From assembly GCF_000012805.1 (NCBI RefSeq), contig NC_007484.1, forward strand, positions 1,200,001-1,232,000: a stretch of DNA of 32,000 bases, given 5' to 3'. Positions 1 through 7,323 of this stretch are shown one piece after another. This stretch comes from Nitrosococcus oceani ATCC 19707 (GTDB lineage: Bacteria; Pseudomonadota; Gammaproteobacteria; Nitrosococcales; Nitrosococcaceae). Position 1 is the first letter of the stretch. Every line of letters starts with the position of its first letter. The position numbers and the translations under genes were made by a program. The notes beneath the pieces are model-generated. The model searched no databases. It was not told the origin of the DNA and worked only from the letters and a program-made list of their open reading frames with translations.

Positions 1-1
1 T

Positions 2-706
2 GAAACCGAGCAACCTGTCCCTGAGCCGATGACGGCTATCGACGCCACCAAGGTGCTCGGCTTGGACATGGGTCTCTCGCACCTGGCGATTGACTCCACT
101 GGACGAAAAGTAGCCAATCCACGCTTTATCAAGCAGGTTCAGAAAAATCTCAAGCGCAAGCAACAGTCGCTGTCACGAAAGCAAAAAGGCAGTTCCAAAC
201 GAGCAAAAGCACGCCTACTGGTCGCTAAGGCTCACGAGCGGGTCGCTGATGCCCGCAGTGACTTCCAGCATAAACTGTCCCGGCAGATCGTTGACGACAA
301 CCAAGCGGTGATCGTCGAGACGCTGAAAGTCAACAACATGATGAAGAACGCCAAGCTCGCCAAGCATATCGGCGATGCCTCTTGGCACGCCTTGATCGCC
401 AAGCTGGCATACAAGGCCAAGGAGCAGGGCAAACATCTGGTCAAGATCGACCCCTGGTTTGCCAGCTCAAAAACTTGCCATGTATGCCAGCACAAGATGG
501 ATGCCATGCCACTAAATATCCGGTCGTGGGCGTGCCCTACCTGCCACACGCGCCATGACCGCGACATCAACGCGGCGCTGAACATCCAACATCAAGGCAT
601 TTTGAAGTTGAAGGCGGAAGGGCTGTCCGTCTCTGCCCATCGAGGCTTGCGTAAATCCGGCATGCCGCCGGTGGCTGCCGTTGAAGTGGGAAGCTCCGTC
701 CGATAG
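2..706 (+). CDS. tnpB: IS200/IS605-family TnpB (OrfB) RNA-guided endonuclease. C-terminal ~235 codons only; the N-terminus lies beyond the left edge.
   Basis: The frame is open from base 2. Motifs present: RuvC-I LGLDMG, RuvC-II VIVETL, zinc finger CHVC...CPTC, RuvC-III HDRDINAALNI. Confidence 0.85.
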   Translation, partial: ETEQPVPEPMTAIDATKVLGLDMGLSHLAIDSTGRKVANPRFIKQVQKNLKRKQQSLSRKQKGSSKRAKARLLVAKAHERVADARSDFQHKLSRQIVDDNQAVIVETLKVNNMMKNAKLAKHIGDASWHALIAKLAYKAKEQGKHLVKIDPWFASSKTCHVCQHKMDAMPLNIRSWACPTCHTRHDRDINAALNIQHQGILKLKAEGLSVSAHRGLRKSGMPPVAAVEVGSSVR

Positions 707-1124
707 GGCGGAGAGCAGTCACTTAATGGTGCGTCACAACCACCGAATTAAAGGGATAGACACTCCCAAGTAAGTTAAATTAAACTGAAGCGGAGTAAAA
801 AGGGGCCGCATTGGAATTAAACCTGGATATTTAATGGCCCTCCAGCGAGAGTGCGAAACGAAGTGGCGCATCGAGCGCGAGGGCCAAGTTGCTTGCGTTT
901 TGCCATGAATTGGCGCTATGAGTTTCTCGTTGCCACAAGCGCGACCTATCCTCGGGAGGAGGAGAAGTGATGGGCGTGGAGGGTGGTACCCAACCGAGGG
1001 CCTTGCGCGCTAAGTCGTGGCCAGCCCGAGGCGCCCGTTGAAACGCGAATTTGCTAGGCTGATAAGATTTTGTAGGAACAAAATTGAAATGAGTCATGGC
1101 GAAACTCCAAAGAAAGGAATTGTA

Positions 1125-1715
1125 ATGAGAATAATAGTTTGTATAAAAATTGGTATTTTAATGCTGATTTTATCGAGCATGGGATGTGCCACTAGTGGGG
1201 GAGAAGAAAATGTTGCTAGCTCCGTGGATAGTGGCTTAGCAGCAGTTGAACAAGCAGCACAGGGGGGAAGACAAGCGATTGAATCAGGAACAACCGCCGC
1301 TAAAAATATGGAGACTGGCCAAGCTGATTTAGCGGATATTTTAGTTAACCAATTAGGTGTTTCTAACCAGCAAGCCATGGGAGGTGCTGGCGCAATTTTC
1401 CAAGAGGCCAGGACTAACATGAAGCCCCAGGATTTTACAACCCTATCTCAATCCGTGCCAGGAATGAGCGATATGCTAAAAGCGGCACCTAAAGTGTCTG
1501 GTTCGGCGCCAGGTATGGCTGGCGGCCTTTCCTCAATGATGGGTGATGCGAACAATGCATTAGGAAGCATGGCTTCCTTAGCCTCCTCATTTCAACAATT
1601 GAATCTTTCTCCTGATATGGTCAGCCAATTTGTACCCGTAGTGACGAATTACGTGAGGAATACTGGCGGGCAAGCAGTAGCTAATTTATTGCAGTCAGCC
1701 TTAGGTACGCCTTGA
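1125..1715 (+). CDS. DUF2780 (VcgC/VcgE-like) family lipoprotein
   Basis: ATG at 1125 follows AAAGAAAGGAA. Signal peptide with lipobox LSSMGC. Gly/Ala/Ser-rich body with LVNQLGVSNQQAMGGAGAIF and a C-terminal QFVPVV..Y motif, typical of DUF2780. The longer 1017 start looks spurious. Confidence 0.7.
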   Translation: MRIIVCIKIGILMLILSSMGCATSGGEENVASSVDSGLAAVEQAAQGGRQAIESGTTAAKNMETGQADLADILVNQLGVSNQQAMGGAGAIFQEARTNMKPQDFTTLSQSVPGMSDMLKAAPKVSGSAPGMAGGLSSMMGDANNALGSMASLASSFQQLNLSPDMVSQFVPVVTNYVRNTGGQAVANLLQSALGTP

Positions 1716-1747
1716 TTTCGGTAATATCGATTCAAATAAAGCGGAGA

Positions 1748-1777
1748 GGGAGAAATAGGTTTATCGCTATTTCCCCC
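1748..1777 (+). terminator. Hairpin after the DUF2780 gene; possible terminator
   Basis: GGGAGAAATAG-8 nt loop-CTATTTCCCCC pairs 10 of 11 bp, followed by TTGCTTTG. It overlaps the premature end of the intI remnant. Confidence 0.4.
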
Positions 1778-2646
1778 TTGCTTTGCCGCGTTGCAGCAAA
1801 TGTGTGGCAAAACTGTGCCGAAAGGTATGTGCAGAAACTCGCTTGGTAATACCCGCTTGTCGAACCGCAGCCTTGATCGCCTTATTGATCAGCGATTGAT
1901 CTATAGGATGGCGTCGAGTCAAACCCGACAGAGGATCTACCGATAGCGAACGGGCCGGAAACACATATTGCCAGCCCCATTCCCGTTCGGCATGAGGATA
2001 TTTTTTTGCCAGCGCATACGGCAAATACACTGCACCGAAGCCGTCGGCCAAATCCTGCTCGTGAATCGCCTTGACCTTTTCTAAAATGATTTTGCAGTAA
2101 CGGTATCATGGCCGCAGAAAGCGGGGTTACCCTGTCTTTATCGCCCTTACCAGAGCGCACGGTAGTCTGTTTATAATCGTAATCGAGATCCTGCACCCGC
2201 AACCGAACGGCCTCGCTAATCCGTAAGCCGCTGCCGTATAACAGTTTCACCACTAACTGCGCCACGCCTTCAACCCGTGGCAATACTTGCCTGATCTCGT
2301 CCAACGACAACACTACTGGCACACGCCGACTGGTTTTGGAGCGAATGGCCTCGATACGCTTGGTCAGCGGTATATCCAGAACCTGCTTGTATAAAAACAC
2401 CAACGCATTCATCGCCTGATTTTGGGTGGCAGACGCTACTTTACGTTCTGTTGCCAGATAGCATAAAAACGCTTCTATCTTGACTTCACTGTTTTCAAAC
2501 AGCGCAGCTCTTTCGTTGAGCTGGTGAAATTTGACAAACTGCTTAATCCACTCGCAATAAGAGCGCTCGGTGTGCAGTGAATAATGCTTGAGCCGCATGA
2601 TGCGGCGAACATCTTCCAGCAAGGTTGGCGATTTGGTGCTTGACAT
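1767..2646 (-). pseudogene. intI: Integron integrase (IntI-type tyrosine recombinase), frameshifted and 3'-truncated
   Basis: N-terminal frame (ORF 1882..2670) reads ERSYCEWIKQFVKFH, ALVFLY, YGSGLRISEAVRLRVQDLD, VRSGKGDKDR. The C-terminal frame (1767..~2090) carries the IntI-specific insertion [23 protein letters not shown]...DP.SG..RRH and [12 protein letters not shown]. The frames join if one A is removed from the A-run at 2083-2086. The ORF stops right after HLLQRG, so the HxxGH/catalytic Tyr region is missing. Confidence 0.9.
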
Positions 2647-2667
2647 CAAATCATTAGTGGCTATAAA
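2640..2667 (+). promoter_or_regulatory. Pc-like sigma70 promoter reading into attI and the cassettes
   Basis: TTGACA (2640-2645), 16-nt spacer, TATAAA (2662-2667). The -35 overlaps the intI start codon (2644-2646 on the minus strand). Confidence 0.5.
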
Positions 2668-2702
2668 CAATTAATGGCTATAGTGAGGCGACCTATTATT
2701 AT

Positions 2703-2847
2703 ATAGGCAAATTTGCCTGAATTGATGGCTAATATCAGGTTATCAAGGCAAATGTACATGATTTGGGTATTATCAGGGCAAAAGTGCCTGAAAAAGCCGG
2801 CAATATCAATTTATCAGGCAGATTGGCTTGATAATCAATAGTTAGAC
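2703..2847 (+). other. attI region with iterated TATCAGG(G)CAAA-type motifs and crossover core GTTAGAC
   Basis: Motifs at ~2703-2720 (palindrome AGGCAAATTTGCCT), 2741-2761, 2771-2791 and 2811-2831. GTTAGAC at 2841-2847 fits GTTRRRY. TTAGAC matches 5/6 of the complement of the attC1 R'' core. Confidence 0.6.
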
Positions 2848-2900
2848 TTGCAAGAGAACATCGCGCATCGTGATGTCGTTTTAACAACAGGAGACATGCC

Positions 2901-3203
2901 ATGGTCAAAGTAGCCTTGTTCGTTCGCCTTGAAGCGAAACCCGGAAAAGAGAAAGAGGTTGAGAACTTCCTTGTGAGCGGCCTTCCCATCGTCAATGAGG
3001 AGCCTGACACCACTGCGTGGTTTGGCATTCGCCTTGGACCAAGCACTTTCGGAATCTTTGATGCTTTCCCGGATGAAGCGGGTCGGCAGGCCCATCTCTC
3101 CGGCAAGGTCGCAGCCGAGTTGATGGCTAAGGCAGGTGAGTTGTTCTCCGAGCCCCCGTCCATCGAAAAGGTTGATGTACTTGCGGCAAAGCTACCTGGC
3201 TAG
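2901..3203 (+). CDS. ABM-domain (YgiN-like) putative monooxygenase; cassette 1
   Basis: 100 aa. VALFVRLEAKPGKE..VE.FL, TTAWFGIRLGPSTFGIFDAFPDEAGRQAHLSG and IEKVDVLAAKLP are typical of this small family. RBS AGGAGA lies upstream. Confidence 0.75.
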   Translation: MVKVALFVRLEAKPGKEKEVENFLVSGLPIVNEEPDTTAWFGIRLGPSTFGIFDAFPDEAGRQAHLSGKVAAELMAKAGELFSEPPSIEKVDVLAAKLPG

Positions 3204-3206
3204 CAA

Positions 3207-3266
3207 GCCTAACAATTCGTTCAAGCCGACGCCGCTTCGCGGCGCGGCTTAACTCAGGCGTTCGCG
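3207..3266 (+). other. attC site of cassette 1 (60 bp)
   Basis: R'' GCCTAAC, imperfect palindrome, R' G|TTCGCG at 3260. By memory it is near-identical to the aadA-type 59-base element. Confidence 0.85.
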
Positions 3267-3418
3267 CCGCTGCGCGGCGCGAATCGGGGAGTTGACTGCG
3301 CCAAACGGCTGCCCGCGCCGCTACGCGTCGCGAACAACCGTTCGACTGGCAGAACCCCCTGCATAATCAGACGCTGTGCGCCTATGTATGCAGGAGAACC
3401 CGCCCGTCAACTCCCCGA
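3261..3418 (+). repeat. ORF-less attC-only unit, long form (copy A)
   Basis: Starts at G|TTCGCG and ends at CCCCGA|TTATGC. Internal R''-like cores are CGCGAAT (3278-3284) and CGCGAAC (3329-3335). A 15-bp perfect inverted repeat joins 3282-3296 and 3406-3420. Confidence 0.85.
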
Positions 3419-3579
3419 TTATGCGCCCACACGCCCTCTAGCCTAATGTCTTGTGCGACAGAAATATTTGGATTATTACATGATAGTTTTGGCGCTTATT
3501 CACGAAAAACAATAGGTGCAAAATGACACGACTATGGCAAGATCTAAGCAGAATATTTCGTGACACGGCAACGAAGAAG

Positions 3580-4188
3580 ATGTCTAACAATATTATTAGC
3601 ATAATCATTGCCATTGCCCGAGATGAAGTTTCCGAGGATACTCTAAAGAATATTGACGAAAATGTAAAAAGGCTCATTCAGAAACATTATAATGTAGGAT
3701 TGAGATACTTAGAGGAAATGCATTCGGTTAGTAATACAGAACTACGAAAGAAATTGCTTCACGATGCAAGGCGTTCATTTTCTGAAGCCATAACTGTCGA
3801 TACTCCACTTCAATCTGCACAAGCCACTAGAATAGTTGCTGTATGCTATGATTTATTGGACGAGAAAGAGACCGCCTTCCTTCGATACGAGGAAGCATTC
3901 TTAAAGGCTATTGAATATTATAATAGACTGTTGAAACAGTTTGAGAGTAGTGGGGGGACAAGAGGAATAGACTTGCTACTCGGTTTTTCTCTCGTTGGTC
4001 AGCCAATCATGTACACTCGATGGACCTTGAGATATTTTAGGCGCAAAAAGCTAGAAGAAGAGGCTAAAAATATTAGAAGCTTTCTATATGATTTGAAATA
4101 CTTTTTAGTTGAGAGAGAAATATTTCTTCAAGCTTTATATAGCGATATTGAAAGTATACCTCCCTATTCTTGGTCAGATACAGGATAG
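3580..4188 (+). CDS. Hypothetical protein, AT-rich, predicted all-helical; cassette 2
   Basis: Long ORF 3523..4188; ATG at 3580 (MSNNIIS) preferred. I recognise no family. Codon composition differs from its neighbours. Confidence 0.55.
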   Translation: MSNNIISIIIAIARDEVSEDTLKNIDENVKRLIQKHYNVGLRYLEEMHSVSNTELRKKLLHDARRSFSEAITVDTPLQSAQATRIVAVCYDLLDEKETAFLRYEEAFLKAIEYYNRLLKQFESSGGTRGIDLLLGFSLVGQPIMYTRWTLRYFRRKKLEEEAKNIRSFLYDLKYFLVEREIFLQALYSDIESIPPYSWSDTG

Positions 4189-4239
4189 AGAGTCGGGTAC
4201 ATGATTGGAAAGTTAAACTGAGCGAGATCCTTCCAGTGC

Positions 4240-4362
4240 GCATAACCCGCGGCTGCACGCCGACGCAGGGCTTCACCGCCTTGCCTCGTTCGGGCAGCAG
4301 CGCTTACTTGCCTCGTCCAATCGTTGCGCCGCCCTGCGCGGGTGAGCCGCAATCTGTTCGCG
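4240..4362 (+). other. attC site of cassette 2 (123 bp)
   Basis: R'' GCATAAC (4240-4246) is the complement of the cassette start TTATGC (3419-3424). Arms CCCGCGGCTGCACGCC / GCGCCGCCCTGCGCGGG. R' G|TTCGCG at 4356. Confidence 0.8.
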
Positions 4363-4513
4363 CCGCTGCGCGGCGCGAATCGGGGAGTTGACTGCGCCAA
4401 ACGGCTGCCCGCGCCGCTACGCGTCGCGAACAACCGTTCGACTGGCAGAACCTCCTGCATAATCAGATGCCGCACATCCATTATCCAGGAGAACCCGCCC
4501 ATCAACTCCCCGA
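4357..4513 (+). repeat. ORF-less attC-only unit, long form (copy B)
   Basis: Same unit as copy A. Ends at CCCCGA|TTAGCT. Confidence 0.85.
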
Positions 4514-4547
4514 TTAGCTGCCAGAGAAAGGTCGGAACCAATACGTA

Positions 4548-4576
4548 TTGACGATGTCCATACATCTAGATAGAGT
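4548..4576 (+). promoter_or_regulatory. Possible brnTA promoter with adjacent 10-bp palindrome
   Basis: TTGACG, 17-nt spacer, TAGAGT, ending 6 nt before ATG 4583. Palindrome AATACGTATT at 4540-4549. Confidence 0.3.
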
Positions 4577-4582
4577 GCTTCT

Positions 4583-4876
4583 ATGGACATGACCTTTGAG
4601 CTCAATGGAACCACTTTTGTATGGGACAGTAAGAAAGCCCATTCAAATTTTGCCAAGCATGAGGTCTCGTTTGAAGCAGCAGCTACGGCGTTCTTCGATC
4701 CCTTTTTCCGGTTGGAAGACGCCAGCGACAATGATGAAGTACGAGATGCCTTAATCGGGTTTGATGGGTATCATCGGCTACTTTATGTCGTGAACATTCA
4801 AATCGAAGAGAGCGGCATTCGTATTATTTCAGCCCGAAAGGCCACTCGCGAGGAGCGGCAAAGATATGATCAATGA
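4583..4876 (+). CDS. brnT: BrnT-family (DUF497) toxin
   Basis: F.WD..KA..N..KH.VSFEEA..AF.D and IRIISARKAT..ER..Y motifs. Confidence 0.85.
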   Translation: MDMTFELNGTTFVWDSKKAHSNFAKHEVSFEAAATAFFDPFFRLEDASDNDEVRDALIGFDGYHRLLYVVNIQIEESGIRIISARKATREERQRYDQ

Positions 4877-5165
4877 ACGGATTAAAAAGCGCCTGAAAAA
4901 GGACCGCCCTATGACTTCCATTACCCTTCGTGTACCGAAGGATGTGGTTGAAGGGCTCAAGGAAATGGCTCCGGAGCTAGGGTTCGCCGGCTACCAGCCG
5001 CTTATCCGAGCCTATATCAGTGAAGGGATGCGCCGAGACGAGAAAAAGCTCTATTTCACACCAGCAAAACGTATGGCTGAAGCTCTAAAAGCTCGCGGTG
5101 TTGATCCAGCGCTTGTCGATCAGGTACTTATTGAAGCTAGTGATTCTCAGCAGGCGGTCGATTAA
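4866..5165 (+). CDS. brnA: BrnA-type (RHH/CopG-like) antitoxin
   Basis: Overlaps the brnT stop by 11 nt. Contains ITLRVPKDVVEGLKEMAPELGFAGYQPLIRAYISEG. Confidence 0.8.
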   Translation: MINERIKKRLKKDRPMTSITLRVPKDVVEGLKEMAPELGFAGYQPLIRAYISEGMRRDEKKLYFTPAKRMAEALKARGVDPALVDQVLIEASDSQQAVD

Positions 5166-5234
5166 GGAAAGTGGTGCACGCAGTGACAGGAATATGGCTC
5201 AACGCATCGTTTCTGTTAGGTTAACCGCGGTGGC

Positions 5235-5290
5235 AGCTAACAAATCGCTGTAGGCGGCGGGTCAAACGCACCTGAACTCAGGCGTTCGCG
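5235..5290 (+). other. attC site of the brnTA cassette (56 bp)
   Basis: R'' AGCTAAC is the complement of cassette start TTAGCT (4514-4519). The 3' end CTCAGGCG|TTCGCG is shared with attC1. Confidence 0.75.
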
Positions 5291-5391
5291 CCGCTACGCG
5301 TCGCGAACAACCGTTCGACTGGCAGAACCTCCTGCATAATCAGATGCCCCACATCTATTATCCAGGAGAACCCGCCCGTCAACTCCCCGAG
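5285..5391 (+). repeat. ORF-less attC-only unit, short form (copy C)
   Basis: Lacks the first ~51-bp module. Own R'' CGCGAAC at 5302-5308. Ends at CCCCGAG|TTAGGG, a canonical G|TT. Confidence 0.85.
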
Positions 5392-5400
5392 TTAGGGCTG

Positions 5401-5670
5401 TCAAAACTGATCGTAGTGACCTCCGATGGCGAAAATATAGATGTATTTATCATCGAACTTATATACGATGCGGTCTTTTCGACTAAGGCGCCGGGACCAA
5501 AGGCCGGAAAGGCTATGTTTCAACTGTTCAGGTTTTCCCATTCCTGTAGTGGGGTCACCGCGCAGCATTTCTTTTAATACGCTACGCAGCGCTTTATGTA
5601 GTTTTTTGTCGCGTTCACGAAGGTTCTCGTATGTGGTCCAGGTATTGCCTTCAAAAACCAGTGATCTCAT
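5401..5670 (-). CDS. yoeB: YoeB/Txe-family toxin
   Basis: GKPE.LKH.LSG.WSRR....DRIVY and a C-terminal GHY motif. Sits downstream of, and overlapping, yefM. Confidence 0.9.
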   Translation of the reverse strand: MRSLVFEGNTWTTYENLRERDKKLHKALRSVLKEMLRGDPTTGMGKPEQLKHSLSGLWSRRLSRKDRIVYKFDDKYIYIFAIGGHYDQF

Positions 5671-5923
5671 CCATTTCCTCGGCTGAAGGCCTGTATCCTG
5701 TTCCCTTCTCGTGGGTACGCAATGAATCCGCTATTTGCCGGATTAAGTCATTGCTCTGCAATACAAATAGTGTTTCTTGCTCACGTTCCCAATCCTCGGC
5801 GCTCAACACCACGAAATCGTCACCACCGCGGCGTGTGACCTTCAGCGGCGCATGCCTGCTAACCACTTGTTCTACCAGAGTTTTTAAATTATCTCTAAAC
5901 TTATTTACACTTACGCTATCCAT
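5651..5923 (-). CDS. yefM: Phd/YefM-family antitoxin
   Basis: N-terminal VSVNKFRDNLKTLVEQV..HAPLKVTRRGGDDFVVLSAEDWE..QETL. Overlaps yoeB by 20 nt. Confidence 0.9.
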   Translation of the reverse strand: MDSVSVNKFRDNLKTLVEQVVSRHAPLKVTRRGGDDFVVLSAEDWEREQETLFVLQSNDLIRQIADSLRTHEKGTGYRPSAEEMDEITGF

Positions 5924-5939
5924 TGGTCGATGTTCTCAG

Positions 5940-5960
5940 TTGTACGATGATCCCGTACAA
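5940..5960 (-). promoter_or_regulatory. Probable yefM-yoeB operator palindrome
   Basis: TTGTACG-7 nt-CGTACAA lies 17 nt upstream of the yefM ATG. As I recall, TGTAC-type palindromes are the known YefM-YoeB operator core in E. coli. Confidence 0.5.
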
Positions 5961-5973
5961 TATAGACAAAAAG

Positions 5974-6049
5974 CCCTAACAAGGCAAATCAACTCGGACG
6001 GGTTTCGTCGCTGCGCTCCTCAACCTGCCGGTTATTTGCAACGTTATTC
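5974..6049 (+). other. attC site of the yefM-yoeB cassette (76 bp)
   Basis: R'' CCCTAAC is the complement of cassette start TTAGGG (5392-5397). Arms GGCAAATCAAC / GGTTATTTGC. R' G|TTATTC at 6043. Confidence 0.8.
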
Positions 6050-6082
6050 ATCACAGACAAAACCTTAGATTTGGAATCCGCG

Positions 6083-7070
6083 ATGTTCGACTTACCGCCA
6101 CTCCTCCACAAGCGTGATGTCTTCGTCATCATGCCGTTCTCGACTACCAAGTCGTGCTCGGAGAATGAGTGGACTGAAATCTACGAAGACGTGTTCCAGC
6201 CTGCGATAGAAAATTGCGGTCTCCAGTGCGGTCGCGCCGAAGTTGGAACGGGAAGTCTAATCAAAAGTATCATTGAACGACTGCGTAACGCATACATCGT
6301 TTTGGCGGACATTACAGACGCGAATCCAAACGTTTTCTACGAACTTGGCGTTACGGCATTCTCTCAGCAAAAGAACTATCCTGCTGGCACAAGGAGCAAA
6401 GCACATCCCGTCGGATATTCGGGGCTATTGGTTGCTCATCTATGGAATTTCCCCGAAAAAAATCGCAACGTTCAAATCTGAATTGAGACGAATAACCGAA
6501 CAGATTGATAGCGACCCAGAAAAGAGCGACAGCCCTGTTTCCGACTACATGGAACGTGAAAACGTCGTGCTTTCACGGGATGCGCAGAGACAAAACCTTC
6601 GCAAACTGGGAGCCCTCTTCACCGAATTGACCGGAAATGCTCTCGTGGTATCAGAATTGTCCAGCAATTCCGATGCGCTCCCGTTGGTCTCCTACGGCTG
6701 TCTGGCGCTCCTGCTAGAAACGCTATACGTCGATCCCGGTCCAGAGGTTTTGAAGCGAGCATACGAACTCAGGAAATGTTTGCAGTTGATCAAACGTGGA
6801 AACTTCGGCGCGATACTGCCGGTCACAACCAAGACGTTGCAACAATTGATACTTGATGTCGAGGCTATCCGAAACAAGGTCGCGGCCGGACCGTTGGATG
6901 AACCGCCGAATCCCACGATGATGCAATGGATTCCTGGTTTCGGATTGCCAAGCGACATTCCGCTGCCTGGATCATATCTGGGCGGGGATGATGTTTACGG
7001 CTTGTGTATACAGGCAGCTGCGCCCTTGTCGGAGGATTCGAGCCCTGGAAACCAAAACAAAGATGAATAA
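6083..7070 (+). pseudogene. Two-domain protein: N-terminal nucleoside 2-deoxyribosyltransferase-like/TIR-like Rossmann domain plus an unknown C-terminal domain. Interrupted by a +1 frameshift near 6350-6356.
   Basis: Frame 1 reads DVFVIMPFS...IVLADITDANPNVFYELGV. The continuation HSLSKRTILLAQGAKHIPSDIRGYWLLIYG is in the frame of ORF 6273..7070. Removing one G around 6353 joins them. Confidence 0.6.
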
Positions 7071-7156
7071 CCATGCCGTGTGAACCGGAGCGGCCGACAA
7101 TGCGGATATTGAAATCAGAGTTTGTGGCGGCCGCCCGGTTACGACCATCGTTCGCG
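7065..7156 (+). other. attC site (92 bp)
   Basis: R'' GAATAAC (containing the stop codon) is the complement of cassette start TTATTC (6044-6049). Arms GTGTGAACCGGAGCGGCCG / CGGCCGCCCGGTTACGAC. R' G|TTCGCG at 7150. Confidence 0.8.
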
Positions 7157-7311
7157 CCGCTGCGCGGCGCGAATCGGGGAGCTGACTACGCCAAACGGCT
7201 GCCCGCGCCGCTACGCGTCGCGAACAACCATTCGACTGACGGAACCTCCTGCATCATCAGACGCCGTGCGCCTATGTATGCAGGAGAGCCCGCCGCCCGT
7301 CAACTCCCCGA
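7151..7311 (+). repeat. ORF-less attC-only unit, long form (copy D)
   Basis: Same unit. Ends at CCCCGA|TTAGGC. Confidence 0.85.
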
Positions 7312-7323
7312 TTAGGCAAAAGT

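Noticed and set aside
831-1097. An 88-aa minus-strand ORF and a GC-rich patch (840-1016) between the IS and the DUF2780 gene. I also checked it against remembered RNase P and 6S RNA sequences.
   Set aside because: The ORF has no recognisable protein motifs, and all plus-strand frames are closed. It bears no resemblance to the ncRNAs I can recall. It remains unexplained and may be a gene remnant or the IS flank.
2647-2760. A LexA (SOS) box upstream of intI, as found for many integron integrases
   Set aside because: No CTGT-N8-ACAG-type motif is present. The palindromes seen there (CCTATTATTATATAGG, AGGCAAATTTGCCT) do not match it.
3290-3370. A promoter inside the repeat unit (TTGACT at 3292-3297; CATAAT at 3362-3367 with TTCGAC at 3341-3346)
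   Set aside because: No -35/-10 pair has acceptable spacing. TTGACT has no -10 element 16-18 nt downstream, and TTCGAC-CATAAT are only 15 nt apart. I kept this only as a hypothesis to test by RNA-seq.
3261-7315. ORFs running through the repeat units and attC sites (4164..4565-, 4170..4391+, 4324..4551+, 7073..7315+, 7122..7331+, 7211..7411-), some with a conserved peptide FAPLRGANRG..AKRLPAPLRVANN
   Set aside because: The conserved peptide is only the translation of the conserved GC-rich repeat. Starts and stops differ between copies, the short form deletes part of it, and there are no RBSs.
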